A stretch of 64,000 bases of DNA from Eledone cirrhosa (GCA_964016885.1 OZ024746.1:49600001-49664000), one strand, 5' to 3'. Counted from the first letter of the stretch, positions 1 through 15,787 are shown. The notes: generated by a model not told the origin, from the letters alone. Program-made: numbers and translations.

Positions 1-252
1 GCCAACTCCACCTCACTTTCTAGCTACATACACTATCTAAAATCTAAAAATAAACCATACACACTCAAATGGGAAGTGATAGGAAGCGCGACCTCGTACA
101 AACCACCTAATAAATTCTGTAACCTCTGTATACTAGAGACACACAATATTATCTTCTCCAACCGTAACCTACTTAACAAAAAATCTGAGGTGTTTGCAAC
201 TTGCCAGCACCGCCTCAGACATTCCTTCCAAAACTTTAAGCCCAATATATAA
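1..252 (+). CDS. C-terminus of Penelope-like (Naiad-like) GIY-YIG endonuclease ORF, 5' end outside window
   Basis: Frame 1 reads ANSTSLSSYIHYLKSKNKPYTLKWEVIGSATSYKPPNKFCNLCILE...LLNKKSEVFATCQHR...*. This parallels the C-terminus of the ORF at 61545-62938 (YTLKW...CPMCNNE...CQH). Confidence 0.85.
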   Translation, partial: ANSTSLSSYIHYLKSKNKPYTLKWEVIGSATSYKPPNKFCNLCILETHNIIFSNRNLLNKKSEVFATCQHRLRHSFQNFKPNI

Positions 253-1568
253 CAATGTCGGACTGGAACCTAACACCACATCTAGCATCAAACACCAGAG
301 ACACACCTTATACTACATACCCAACACTAACTGATCTATTATAACACAAGCAATGACATCCCTCTGGAACCCTTCGCAGGGAGAATACCTATTTATACCT
401 CTGCGGCAGGTGTGACAACATCCACCCACTTGAACGGCACTACACCGCTCTAAGGGTAATTTGAGCATGAATGCATTCCAACTGCCGTGCGGGTTGTACG
501 TATATGGATGATCTGACGGTCAGAGAGGGGTCGCGAGGACTGCGGATTGACCTTTGGCTCGCCTGGGGATAATTATCTTTCGACATCAAATGTAGCAAGC
601 GATGACCCAGATCTTACCAGAGATCATTGGGTCCTGAAGCAAGCCTGCAATCACCGCGCCTGGTCATATGAGCAGACTACAACCACAGAGATCATTAATT
701 TAGAATCCTCGCTCATCATCTATAATTTCCATTTGTGGCACCTTAATCCACCATAATAATATGATCACCTTCAGCATAACTTAATTAAACTACTCTATAG
801 TTAATACACTTTATGCTTTAAAAATCTCTCTTGGAAGATGCGCATCACCATAGAATTTAGGGTCTATATTAGGACACATTTTAATGGCTAGATACAGAAA
901 CCCCAGAGTTACCTCCCCGCATGCATTAACTCCCCTTAGCCACACACACACTTCCGGGCGGTATTCAATGGCGTTTCTAGAAACGTAACAACCGCCTGTA
1001 TCGAACTAAAGAACACCAGACTACGATCTCTAACTGGATTGTCGTGGATTATGTGAAGGGCATATAATCGAAAAATATACTCCCCTGACCATGAAAATGC
1101 CGAAGTACATGAAATACTTGACATCCCTGCGCTGTGCATCTCCATTACTTATAACACTTTTAATGCTTGCACTATCTTTAATGCTTATAATATTTCTCCA
1201 CACACAGACTATATCAATCATATAAAGAATTTGCCACCAGATCTACCAACCTAACACTCTTATTTACCTACCTAAGTGCCTCAACCACACATATCTCTCT
1301 GCCACACTATATAAACAAGACGCACATGCGTGCCACACATAACATTTGCACTATATAACCGCTTATCTTCATGTTGTATTTTAACCTATATCTTTGATTT
1401 TTGATTGTACCTATTAATATAAATGTAATCTCGAAGTGTGTACTGCCACTCTAAATTCTGTAATGAATGTTGACCCACAATGTTTGAATATGTATCAATG
1501 TTTGAATATGTATTGGTATGTCTCTCGGCTGAAAAGGAGGTCATATAACTGTCCATGCATTAATAAAT

Positions 1569-1615
1569 TGCTCCGAAGAATCCAAACCTCGGTTTGGAGG
1601 AAACAGCTGTAAGCA
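1569..1615 (+). ncRNA. Minimal type I hammerhead motif, U4C variant
   Basis: TGCT-CCGAAGA-aTCCAAACC tc GGTTTGGAg-GAAA-CAGCTG(palindrome)-TA-AGCA. Confidence 0.7.
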
Positions 1616-1741
1616 CAATAATGTTTTGAACAGTCCTTTGATTCTTATAATTCATATATATATACATATGTATATATACACATATATATATATATATATA
1701 AAGATACATACATATATATGTGTATATATATATATATATAA

Positions 1742-1799
<58 letters not shown>

Positions 1800-2736
1800 A
1801 TCTCCCTCTCTCACTCTCTCTTTCTCCAACTCGCCCCCTCTTTCAATCTCCCAACTATCTCTCTTTAATCTTATATTCTGAATATATATGTTTGTGTATG
1901 TGTGTATGTGTGTGTATATGTGTGTATATGTGTGTTTGTATATTCATATGCGTGTGTTGGGTATATATCTCGTCGGTGTATATCAGTGAAAGACGTAACC
2001 ATTGGTGAGAAAGAGAAAAACTGGTCTTCTACAAACGAAGTCCTTGCGATATTTATTCAATACCAAATTCCAGATACTCGCTAGTCACTTTCTCTATTGT
2101 TCTTCTTCACAATGGGGCTGTGCTAATCTCTATTGTTACTAATAATACCACTGGTGAATAATTTGTCTTTTTGTATATCTAGAAATACATTTTCAATGTG
2201 TCCTTCTTGGAACATAAGAAAATGTATTTTCTGTTTCTAGCAGTTAGATCATCTATGTATATGCTGTTGTTATTTATTACTAAGTCATCCCAAATCAATT
2301 CATAGGAGTCATGACGATCAGATGTTTTAGATGTAATATCTGTATGTCTATATTAGTCAATGTACGAGCAATGTGTAGTTTTATTGAGATTTGGCTGCCA
2401 CATTATATTATACTGAAAGATGACATAACAAGGACCCCTCGTTGGCTCAATGATCAAAGCATTAAATTTGATCAACAAAGTGTTGGGTTCTGTGATCAAA
2501 GTGTTGTCTTTTCGTGTCAATAGTGTTGATGTTGATGACTTTTACCATCAATAAAAACGTTTTTTAAATGTTCTTATCAGCCAATCGAGGCCTTGTGGTT
2601 ATGTTAAAAATCAATATATTGGCTAATCTATACAAACGTTGTTTACAGATCTCGTCTGTTGGGTTACCTCCCATTGCATCTTCTGACACGACTATTGAAA
2701 TATTGTTGGCTTTTATCTATATTACTAAAGTAACAT

Positions 2737-2818
<82 letters not shown>

Positions 2819-3183
2819 TGTCTGTCTGTGTATGGCAATCACGCTAAGGTTTCACAGTGATCTTGAAATAAAATTTAACTTGAAATTTAGCCATAAGTGA
2901 ACTTAGTTTTGTAGCAAATCTAAATATCTATTTCTAATCCTCATAGCCTCTCGCGACATGTGTTCGAATGTTACACATGTATCAACCTTTGTGGAACAAA
3001 ATCATGCAAATAAACAAAACCTTTAACAAAACCTTTTTCTAACATTATCACAAGGCTACACGTACGGAGGAAAGTTAGACTTTTTAATCGACCCAGTATT
3101 TGAGTGGTATATTATTTTATCCACCCCAGAAGGACGGAAGACAAAGCTGAATTCAATATGATTTGAACTTAGAACATATATAT

Positions 3184-3255
<72 letters not shown>

Positions 3256-3258
<3 letters not shown>

Positions 3259-3600
3259 AAAAGAATCGGGGTGTAACACACGAGTTATGATATATTGGTA
3301 AAAGGAAAAGAAAATGCTGACAAATTGTTCCCAGTGAAAAATAGTTTAATTAGGAATAAGTAAAAATTAGTAATAAGTATTGGTTAGTATTCAGTTTCGG
3401 TTTTAAGTTTTTACCGGTTGCGCATTTCTAATGCTTTTCAAAAATAGTTTTGAGATAGAGCGCCCGTGATGTTTGCTCTAATCTGTTAGAGCAAACATCA
3501 CGGGCGCTCTATCTCAAAACTATTTTTGAAAAGCATTAGAAATGCGCAACCGGTAAAAACTTAAAACCGAAAATGAATACTAACCAATACTTATTACTAA
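3256..3600. mobile_element. Palindromic (TA)n-embedded module, family A
   Basis: Inverted arms centred near 3483. The same family with the same centre occurs at 44338-44757. Confidence 0.75.
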
Positions 3601-3635
3601 TTAGCCGTCGAATACTAACCAATACTTATTACTAA

Positions 3636-5045
<1,410 letters not shown>

Positions 5046-5214
5046 TGAAAAGTGTAATTTTCTACACAAAACGAAGGTTATAGAGAAAATTGAGGTTGGT
5101 AATGGCACATGGAATATATAAGAGACAGAATACTTTTTTGTGAAAAAACATAATTTTATAAGGTAAGGAAATAATAAAGGGTATATATATATATACAATA
5201 GGAAATGTATCATA

Positions 5215-5595
5215 TGTAAGGTGAACCCCCGGATAAACTGTAAAACTAGAAACGTAGTCTATAGCATAAGATGTACAGAGGGTACGTGCAGAAACATGAC
5301 AACAACATACATAGGTGAGACCGCTCGTAGCATAGGTGAAAGGATAGACCAACACTGGGGGGAACTAAAAGGACGAAAAAACGGGTCAGTACTATACGAA
5401 CATGCTAGACAACAACATGACGGTAACATAGACAACATAGAAATTAGAATAATATCTAAACATAGAAATGACCCAGCAGATAGGCAAATCAGAGAGGCCA
5501 GTGAAATAGAAATTAGAAGACCAAAGCTAAACAGAAAGAATGAGTGGAATAACAACAACACCCAAACAAACAACACTGACCTAAGAGAAGTATAA
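5215..5595 (+). pseudogene. 5'-truncated PLE GIY-YIG endonuclease domain
   Basis: [40 protein letters not shown]...RQIREASEIEIRRPKLNRKNEW, highly similar to 40580-40925. Confidence 0.9.
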
Positions 5596-6102
5596 ATAAG
5601 TAAATAAATAAAATAAGATAAATAAATACATAAACAAGCACAATAACAACAAGCACATAAACACACACTAGTCACCCAGCAAACATAACACTATACACAC
5701 TAGTCACACAGCAAACATAACACTATACACACACGCAAACGCATGCGCAAAGAAGACAAAATAAAATAAACAAACAAGCAAATAAATAAATAAATATATA
5801 GACAGACTGAATAAAAAATGGCGTAGACATACAACACAACAGGAGGAAAATATAACACCACTGACGATGTTGCAGATGTGCAACGAAAGATTTATGTAAA
5901 TTATGTAAACTATATATATGTGTTTGTGTCTATATTGTATCTGTATTATTTTTGACCGTCGGTCAGTCAATGGCAACATTGAGGACAGAGTAAGCTAGAT
6001 TGCAGATATAAAAGACAGCGAGAAGCGAAAACCAACCAAACAGTGAGTGTGTTCTGTTATTAATTCTGGCAATATTACACCAATATGACCCTCCCCAAGT
6101 AT

Positions 6103-6107
<5 letters not shown>
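5215..6107 (+). mobile_element. 3' fragment of PLE family C (GIY-YIG, pLTR, HHR at 5857-5897)
   Basis: Ends TGACCCTCCCCAAGTATAACAA then (TA)n. Reverse copies at 3898-3948 and 44806-45250. Confidence 0.8.
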
Positions 6108-6159
<52 letters not shown>

Positions 6160-6164
<5 letters not shown>

Positions 6165-6285
6165 TGGAATAGAATGAAACGAAATTTCATTTCTCACTCT
6201 TAGTACGGCACTTACTTAATAATGTTATAATGTTATAATAAATATTCGCTAAACTGATACGTACATATATATATGTGTGTGCCTG

Positions 6286-6363
<78 letters not shown>

Positions 6364-6871
6364 TGGTACTGTACGTCTGTATACATATATGTATGTACGT
6401 ATACATACATACTTACATTTAAGTAAGTGCCATACTAAGAGTGAGAAATGAAATTTCGTTTCATTCTATTCCAATTTATCGTTTTCGGTGCGCCTGGCCG
6501 ACTGAACTCACTCGATATGCAAATTAGGCAGCTCAGCCGTTAATTTTCATAAGGGAAAGTATATACTTTCGAACGTTCAACCATCTGGCAGAAGGGTATA
6601 CGGTCCTGACGATAGCTAACAAGCTTGAAACTAGTACATCGTTCCTGTGTCAGTGTTGAACAAAAAGGTGATGTGGTTGCCTTAACACTGTACGGCATAA
6701 ATCAGGCTGTCCGTTTGTTTACAAACGAACAAAGCGAATGTTATAATAAATATTCGCTAAACTGATACGTACATATATATATGTGTGCCTGTATGTATAT
6801 ATATATATATATATATATGCATGCTACTGTACGTCTGTATACATATATGTATGTACGTATACATACATACT

Positions 6872-6876
<5 letters not shown>
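6160..6876 (+). mobile_element. Partial-tandem HHR module (~510 bp unit) with an inverted 5' piece
   Basis: 6230-6415 is repeated at 6739-6876, and 6160-6218 is inverted relative to 6420-6478. HHR at 6600-6642: CTGACGA-tAGCT aaca AGCTt-GAAA-CTAG-TA. Confidence 0.7.
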
Positions 6877-6901
<25 letters not shown>

Positions 6902-6909
<8 letters not shown>

Positions 6910-7706
6910 CATTATCGGAGCAAGCTTTTTTTTGCGATACTTCGGCCTAATTCCAACTCACTCAACAAACATTAGGAAATAAGTGAGTATATTCCTAATT
7001 AAACGTTCGGGGTGCTAACTAAATGTATTGTGTGGAAAATTGGCTGTATTATTTCTTATGAGACATATCGAATATATCTCTTCCCAGACGGACGTCTCGT
7101 TTCATTATAAGATTCCTACAATTTGGGTGAAATTATACCAATTTATGTAGGAGCTTGTATACAATCAACAGATATATATTCAAGTGGGCTCTTATAATTT
7201 ATCAGTGGATGCCCAATAATACTAATATTGATAATCTACCCAATATCAGTATTTAGCGATAATCACCATCAGTGCCTGAGGTATCTGTTAGGTTGTTACT
7301 CCAACAGTTCTAAAGAAACACTCAAACTGATTACAAAATGAGGAAGTAAATTACCACCAAATGACAATACATGCGCAGGACAATGAATTCTAAAAGGAAT
7401 TCAGGCCACGTGCTAGAACTCATTTGGAACTTGAAAATATATCTATGTGTGTACAACGTTTGACGACACACACATATATTTTCTTGGGCAAAATAACAGA
7501 ATGAGATACGAGAAACAATCAATATACATATATAAAAAAATAAACAAAGATAGTCAAACCTTATATCGGGAATTTCATATCTGTTGCGCCAAGAGTAAAT
7601 AAATAAATACATTATCGGAGAAAGCTTTTTTGCGATACTCCGGCCAAATTCCAACTCACTCAACAAACATTAGGAAATAAGTGAGTATATTCGTAATTAA
7701 ACGTTT
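6902..7706. repeat. ~105-bp direct repeat, ~700 bp apart (partial tandem module next to (TA)n)
   Basis: ataaatacattatcggag...taattaaacgtt at 6902-7007 and 7603-7706. Confidence 0.8.
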
Positions 7707-8274
7707 TCCTGTTGAAAGTGTAACTTCAAAGCAATATATATATATTAATCATATGTAATAACTTCATGTTTTGTATACACTTATATAAAGTAATTCTGCT
7801 CTAACTGATGTGTAGATTGATGGACATTTTTCGTCCCGTCAAATATGGAATTAATTTACTGAGAACCTTTCAATCATTTCGTTTTATTCTTCTTCTTACT
7901 CTGCCTAGCTATTTACATATTTCTTTGTCATTGTGTTTATCTGTGTGAGTCAAATTTATTGATGTAATTATGTTATCTCTAATACAGTTATTGCCTTCCA
8001 TATTTTATCTGTCCTGCGAAATCTAAATATGCTTTTTATTTCATGAATTTATCTCATGGAACGATAGTTAAATATATCCTATTAATGCAGAGAAAAGAAC
8101 GTTAATTTTACTGATTATACGACTCATTTTATTTCTAGAAACTTTTATTTCACTGCTTATAAGCTGTGTATATAATTTATTAGAGTTAAGATTTGATTAT
8201 TATCTAGATGACTCACTAGCTAGGTATGGCAGTGAAATAGTATTTCTTACAATAAGTTTATTTCAATATTATTT

Positions 8275-8464
8275 ATAATTGTTTCTACTTTAGGCACAAG
8301 GCCAGCAAATTACCCAGTTCATTACTGGTACTTTATTTTATCGACCCCGTAAGGATGAAAGGCAAAGTCAACCTCGGCGGGATTTGAACTCAGATCGTAA
8401 AGGGACGTAATTATGCTGGAAAGCATGACGTCCGACCCTCTACCGATACTGCCAATCCACCGCC
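8275..8464 (-). mobile_element. tRNA-derived SINE family 1 (octopus-type)
   Basis: B-box-like GAGTTCAAATCCC and the conserved core GCCTTTCATCCTTACGGGGTCGATAAAATAAAGTACCAG. At least 8 copies in the window. Confidence 0.85.
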
Positions 8465-10470
8465 CTTTTATATTATTTATAATGTATTCACTTATTGCAT
8501 GTATTTTTAGATGTATATATTTTGTTTATCGTTGTTTTTATATAAAGAAATATTTTTAATGGAATACAATGAATTATCCTGAGCGGTTAATACGTTTTTT
8601 TTTGGGGGGGGGGGGGGGGGGCTGCTTTTTGTTGTTTTTGTAAAATTTATATCCTCTTCCCACTGATCGCGAAGTATTTTTCGTGTCACCTCATTCTAAA
8701 CTGACGCAATAATAGAAGTGAAGTGTAAAACCGAGGCTGCGCATCAAATCACTTTTTACAACTACAATTCCATAATGATACTGACATAATAAAACATTAA
8801 ACAAGACTATTGTGAAGATGTAGTTCAATTTTTGGGGGTTTTGTGCAATAAGTCTTCAAGCTATTATTAGACGTTTCTATTAAATAGTAATCAGGAATTA
8901 CTTGCCTCTGAAATCGAAACAAAGAAAGTATCAATTACTACTAGCAAATTACATCGATTTAGTTTTGCTCGTAATCTTTCATTAATTTTATTATATTGTA
9001 TCCTATTAACATTCTTTTTTTACTTTATATTTCTAAAAATCCATACACACATCCTTCATTTGTAATATTTTCGTCAGAAATTTAATAGTTGCCTCCCTTT
9101 TTTTACCAATCAAAGGTATTCTATCGCGTATCCTTATTAAGGCTTTAGAGTATAAAAGCCGTTTGATTAACCTCACTTTCTTTTGGCCCTTCTGTCGATA
9201 TTAAAATTAATTGATCTTATTCCCTGTAATTAATTGATTTTCCACTTGAATCTCCAGAAATATTAATGAGAATTTGTATTTGTTACACATACGAATACAC
9301 ACGCAAATACACACACACATACACATAGAGATGTATATGTATATATGTATATATACATATATATATATATGTGTGTGTGTGTGTATATATATATATATCA
9401 TTTCAAATATTTCTTTTTATTGAATTACATAAGACAGTTTCACTATACCTAACTAGATTGATGAATGTGTCTTGATCACGGAACTATTTCCTCAGGCCAT
9501 TAAGGCTTTCATTTGGCGTTCATTTCTTCCACATACCATAACATTGATACCAATAACGTAATAAGTAAAGTGTTATTAAATTTTATTCATGCCTAAACAA
9601 AACCAAATTCTATTTTATGAACAACAAATTTTCTTGTAAGTTCAAAGACAGTGGCATGTTCTATCATAGTGAAAGCGACAAAAGTAGTAGAAGTTGCATT
9701 GTAAGGCTTTATTTATATTAACCAAAAAATTCGGAATATTTGAAGCTTTAACTTACTTTTTTGCAGGATCATAAATACAAAACTGGTTGCGATATTAAAA
9801 GCCGGTCTCGACCATAGAAGCATAATTTAGGGTTTTACTCAATTTTACTGAAGATAGTTCTGAGTTGAAATCAGGCTAAAGCTGATATTTCTTTTCAACT
9901 TTCTGGCAATACTAAAAACAAATGACTAATTTAATAACTCAGAAACAAATTTTGAAATTGTTTGTATAAATATAATTCCAGTTAACTATAAACTCATTCT
10001 TTATTGGAGCCATTTCATTTTGGAGCAAAAAGAATGACAGGAACTTACCAACATCTACTATTTCCTGTCTGATAAAATATCCGTTGAATATATGTTCAAT
10101 GACTCGGTAAAACAAATGTTTTGGATTGTATATAAACGCGTGCTTGATTCTCTATGTATGTCCCGGTCGTTTTATATACAATCCCTTGTGGACGAGTGTT
10201 ATTTACACCAAGTCTTCGAGGAAATCTGTCACTTTCTGCACCGGTTTAAGAACAGAGTAGATACAGAAATATCTTCACATCAACCGTTGTTACTGTGACT
10301 GTAAATATACATATTGTTTTTGTTATATTTAAAAGTCATTCCGTTTATTACGTTTATTTATTTCACATGCATTGGTCTCAGTTTAAACTAATATATAATT
10401 AATTGCATTGCACTCCTAGTACTTTCCATTAGACAAATTGATGAGATCATTTGTCTAGCTACAGCACACA

Positions 10471-10601
<131 letters not shown>

Positions 10602-11087
10602 CGGAAAACGAAAATAAAATGAACTAGGAATGAATATGTTGTGACTGATAGCTCAAAGAAATAGTGGTGGAACCTAAAAAAACAGCCAGAAAATCAAAGC
10701 ACACCTGGCTTAATATTATTGTGTGGGACAACACATTAAAAATATGCTCTGTTGTAGAAGTCAGCTATCCACTTCAGGTCACTGTGGTAAGAAAGGTGCA
10801 AGAGAAGGAGGATATCTACGGACCATTGATGAGGACTTTGCAGATCCAGTATTTAAGATACACGTTCAGTTTCATATCCGTTATTATTAAAACTATGAGT
10901 TATATATCAACCCACCTGGATCAAAATATAACCGAACTTGGATTTGAGAAGAAAGAATGTGTCTCCTTAATTCATAAGGTACACAATTTCCTTTTCTTTA
11001 TAATCTTGCCACCTGGAAGGTGGCTGGGGAAAAATAAACTCAAAATTAAGAGAACATCCATACCTATGAAAGAATTTACACAGACGT

Positions 11088-11137
<50 letters not shown>

Positions 11138-11340
11138 GGCGTGTGGCTGAGTGGTTAGAGAATTGGATTCACAATCTTGAGATTGTGAGTTCGATTCCTG
11201 GACCGGGCGATGCGTTATGTCCTTGAGCAAGACACTTTATTTCACGTTGCTCCTTCTACCTGGAGTTGCGACCGATAGATAGTATTAAAAACCGACGAAA
11301 ACATTGTTTCTTTGGTCCGATTTGACGAAAGTCGATCGTT
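11138..11340 (+). mobile_element. tRNA-derived SINE family 2
   Basis: A box TGGCTGAGTGG, B box GAGTTCGATTCC, body TGTCCTTGAGCAAGACACTTTATTTCACG. Second copy at 26662-26865. Confidence 0.85.
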
Positions 11341-12624
11341 AAAGATATATATATATATATAAGACCTTGTACACTTACTTTCATGTGCGGGCACAGAAAT
11401 ACACGTGATCTTGAGCCTGAGTAAAGAATCAATATATTTTTGATAATATTTGGTCGATATGAAATCACTCGCATACGCATGACTGCACAGGCGGGCCGCA
11501 TGAGTGAGTGAGTGTGGTGGTCCGTGTGTGGGTGTGAAAGAGAGAGAGAAGGAGAGGACAGATGGGGGAGAGAGAGGAGAGAGAGGAAGGAGAGAAAGAG
11601 AGAGAAGGCGAGTGAGAGGGGGAAAGAGAGAGAGTCTGTACACATGATATTTTAACTAATGGCTTCTTTCTGCCAGGCATTTCTTTGTTCTACATGTTGT
11701 TACATTCCTTCGCTATCATTTTTTTTTTGTTATAGTTCTTTGTTGTTGTTGTTGTTTGATTATATATGGTAGAAGTTTAGAATTTGAATTTTGATTTTAT
11801 TCCTTTTTGTTTCGATTTTATTGTTTGTTTGTTTTGTTATTTTTCTTTCCTTTAGAAATCTTTTCCCATGATATGCAGATTAAAACAGATTGGGAATGGT
11901 CTTTAAGAATACTTTCTTTTGAGAAAATCATTATAAATTAAAATAATGCAATCTGGTAATGCATTATTTCCTTTGCATATTGTTTATGCAATTCCACAAA
12001 TGAAAAGGCTCTGTCGCTCTGATTAGGTGGTGGATGAAATACGAACAAGGTTATGGATGAGTCTACAAGTAAAAATAAAGATGCCAATTAGCATAATATT
12101 CTATTTAAAGTGTTTGGGTGAGGAATAAAATCTCTATATTTCAGATGATGGAGAATGGAAATTGTAATGTTCATGGCTAATTTATTTCATTCAAATACGG
12201 CTTTCTGTCTGATCACTGAAGCCACGTTAATACCAGGATAAGTGGCCGATTGGTGAAACTAGGTGCTGTCAGCAAATTTCAAGCAATCGATTGGCATCGG
12301 ATAGAATGTGTTGCTATATTTGTTCCGAATTTTTGTGCTGTGAATTCACATCCTAGCGAAGTCAGTTTTACCTTTCATCCTTTCAGATTCGATAAATAAA
12401 ATGCCAGTCAAGTATGGGTGACACGAACTTTCCTTTTCGCTGTCATATCCTGAATGTTTGGTTGAATTCATGACTGTGAATGCTGCATGAGTGTATCTGT
12501 TCGCAAACACATCTTACATAAGGAAAAGCATCATACATGCTGATATTAAGTCATCCTCGTTTGAGAATTACAACTGTAGTTAAGGAAAATAATTTCGCCA
12601 AATGCATTAGGTACACATTATTAT

Positions 12625-12815
12625 GCGGTGGATTGGCATAATCGGTAGAGGGTCGGACGCCATGCTTTGAAAGCAAAAAGTTACGGCCCTTTACGGTCTG
12701 AGTTCAAATCCCGCCGAGGTTAACTTTGCCTTTCATCCTTACGGGGTCGATAAAATAAAGTACCAGTAATACACTGAGATAATTGCTGGCCCTGTGCCAA
12801 AAGTAGAAACATTAT
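12625..12815 (+). mobile_element. SINE family 1 copy
   Basis: Near-identical to the reverse complement of 8275-8464. Confidence 0.85.
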
Positions 12816-13285
12816 TATGTATGTTGTTGTTTCCGATAGTCTGGCATCACATCCAGGGGGTAGTCATGTACTCTCAGACGTTCAACGCCAATAAAACTAG
12901 GAGAAGCTCCGGGCTGAGTAGCCTCTATGCTATGGAAATGATTTTCTTGTAGCTGTTTTCGGTGCCCTGTGTCTGACTAATATATATTTTATAGATGCAG
13001 AATGATAGAAAGTAAATCTGACACCAAACAGATTATAAAATTGAACATAAATGAACATAACTAAATACTTATTTTGTTCAAAGTTATGCCAGTTCTACCA
13101 ATCTACCACCCTAAATTTTGTGAGACTGGGAACAGGATTGATTATCTTTATGAAAAAACAAACATGTATCAATCTGAGCGGGGCTTTTATAACTTTGCTA
13201 TCCTGCTGCAAATACTCAACGTCATTTACTTTAAGTTTTGCATTAATGAAGGGATACAATAGGACTCTAACACCACACGTGTCTA

Positions 13286-13548
13286 AAAGTTTAAAGTCTG
13301 TCACGAGCACTCAGGCTCATCAGGCCGCTGGTGTATCTCAGTTTCCGAGGCGTGAAGCGAGTGCGAGTAGAAGACAGCCCTTCGACAGGACGCCAGTCCA
13401 TCGCAGATTTAAACCCCCAGCTATTGCTAGTACTCATTTTCATTTGAGTATACTGGAGTAACGTGAAATGATGTGTTTTGCTCAAGAACACAACGCGCAA
13501 CCCAGACCAAATCCATTATGATCGTAAGTTACCACTAGGCCACGCCCC
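13286..13548 (-). mobile_element. tRNA-derived SINE family 3 (V-SINE-like body)
   Basis: GGCGTGGCCTAGTGG head, TTGTGTTCTTGAGCAAAACAC, CTGCGATGGACTGGCGTCCTGTC, and tail GGCCTGATGAGCC...CAGACTTT. Confidence 0.7.
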
Positions 13549-13606
13549 ACACATGTGACTAACTTTAAAAATTGCTTGCCAAATACATACATTTTATTTA
13601 AGTAAT

Positions 13607-13695
<89 letters not shown>

Positions 13696-13701
<6 letters not shown>

Positions 13702-14265
13702 ATACTTTGGGAGGGTCATGTTGCCAATAAGAAACACACGCACCAGTCGCTTTCACTTCAATTTATTATAATAAATTTATAAATTTAGGAATTTATAAAT
13801 TTCCGGTTGGTTGGTTGGTTCCACAACCAGATGTTTGTTTATATATTGTCGAAGTTCTTTCGTCGCACATTATGTGACCTCTTCAGTGACTGGGGGTTCT
13901 TTTCTTTGTTTTTTGTGCCTCTCCTTTGTTCTGTCCTACGCCATCAAAAGCAAAAACAAGATGGCGTAGGACAGAACAAAGGAGAGGCACAAAAAACAAA
14001 GAAAAGAATCCCCAGTCACTGAAGAGGTCACAGAATGTGCGACGAAAGAACTTCGACAATATATAAACAACCATCTGGTTGTGGAACCAACCAACCAACC
14101 GGAAATTTATAAATTCCTAAATTTATAAATTTATTATAATAAATTGAAGTGAAAGCAACTGGTGCGTGTGTTTCTTATTGGCAACATGACCCTCCCAAAG
14201 TATAACAATATCGGTTTCAACACACGTTTTCAGATAAAGAATCTTGCCAAACAAATTCAGAAAGG

Positions 14266-14268
<3 letters not shown>
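13696..14268. mobile_element. Head-to-head palindrome of PLE pLTR family E, one HHR per arm
   Basis: 13696-13945 is the reverse complement of ~13960-14210. HHRs at 13848-13890 (-) and 14015-14057 (+). Both sides are flanked by (TA)n. Same sequence as the pLTR at 41070-41285. Confidence 0.85.
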
Positions 14269-14307
<39 letters not shown>

Positions 14308-14552
14308 ATGAGGGGAGGGAGTGTGGTTGAGATGTTACTATTACGACTAGTAAGACCATTATTCAGCTTAGTAGTACTCCATACTTAAAGAAAGCATTGC
14401 GTACATATGATTATAGAATATAATGTCCGACGGTCAAGAGTAACCGGTTTGATAACAAAATGGAAATTTAATCCAATTGATAAATTTCCCATTTTGCTAT
14501 TGAGCTTGACCGTCGAGTATTCTAACCCATAATATATATATATATGTGGATG

Positions 14553-14585
<33 letters not shown>

Positions 14586-14614
14586 CCTACTAAATTATGA
14601 TGTCTAGTAGAGGT

Positions 14615-14808
14615 ACAAGGCCAGTAATGTTTTTGGGGGGTCGATTAAATCGATCCCAGTACGTTACTGGTGATTTATTTTATCGACCCCGTGAGGATGA
14701 AAGGCAAAGTTAACCTCGGCGGGATTTGAACTCAGACCGTAAGAGGCCGTAACTCTATGCTGCAAAGCATGGTGTCCGACTCTCTACCGATACTGCCAAT
14801 CCACCGAC
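14615..14808 (-). mobile_element. SINE family 1 copy
   Basis: Same core and B box as 8275-8464. Confidence 0.8.
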
Positions 14809-15787
14809 CTAGTGTCCTACTAAATTATAAAAATATTTTGAGTCTCAACACACGATCTCAAATCAAATTGTTTGCCAAACAAGTGAAACTCAACAAGTGA
14901 ACTAAACGATTCTTTTCAATGAATTTTAAACATCAAACATTTTTAATTTCCTGCCTCTGGTGTTGCAGATGTTATGGCGGTAAATTAGCAGAGTCATTAG
15001 TACAGCGAATAAAATACATTGCATTCTTTCTTCCATCCTTTGTGCTTTGAGTCCATATGCTGCCGAGGTCAACTTTAGCTTTCATCCTTTTGTGGTCGAT
15101 ATGTACAATACCGGTCAATTCTTCTTCTTTCCCTGTTTGTCTTCTTCAGATTGATTAACCCGATGAGATGGTGGCTTTAAAAATAAATATCCCCAAAGTA
15201 GGCAATAGGAAACTCCCTTTTCATTGTAATTATTCCACGAAAATACCATTACATGGAATTCGCCAGTTGACTTTCCTCATCCTGGTGGCACAACTTCGAA
15301 AGAAAGTGTTTCCCAAACAGTAGTATGTTGACCCTCAAGTCATTTTCAACATTTCGTTGCCTCTCGATATATTCTAAGTTCAAATCTTACTGACAAACAC
15401 CTGCTGTTTTTCAAATATGTAACTCAAGGTCGTTCACCGAACTGAGGGAGCAATGAAGATAGAATGAGTTGCACAACGAGTTGTGTATTACATCAAATAC
15501 ATTTCAATATTTAATTTCATAATATATGTTCTAAGTTCATATCCTGCTGGCGTTTACTTTGCTTTTCACCCTTCACATGGTCGAGAAAATAATTATCAAT
15601 ACATCTCAAGGGGTGAATTCAACAAAACTCTAACCATTATTATTTAAATTTTGAAAAATCTGGTCGCTCGATTATAAAACTGTCTGATTATTTGTGGGGT
15701 ATATGTAGTTGGTAAATCGACCTCACAGGATATTCCTGCATATCGTCGAATGGAAATCACCAGTTACCGAATAAATCTATGAGATTT

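Larger units (their letters stand above)
1..1652 (+). mobile_element. 3' part of Naiad-like PLE: ORF end, ~1.4 kb 3' UTR/pLTR, HHR, ending in (TA)n
   Basis: ORF end, then C/A-rich UTR, HHR motif at 1569-1615, and an abrupt transition to (TA)n at ~1653. Confidence 0.7.

Noticed and set aside
3480-3530. HHR in family A palindrome
   Set aside because: A TAGAGC/GCTCTA hairpin is present but there is no recognisable core plus GAAA.
11138-11210. tRNA gene
   Set aside because: A and B boxes continue into a repeated SINE body, with no complete cloverleaf or terminator.
13295-13330. HHR (CTGATGAG on the minus strand) in the SINE tail
   Set aside because: No GAAA or stem III follows.
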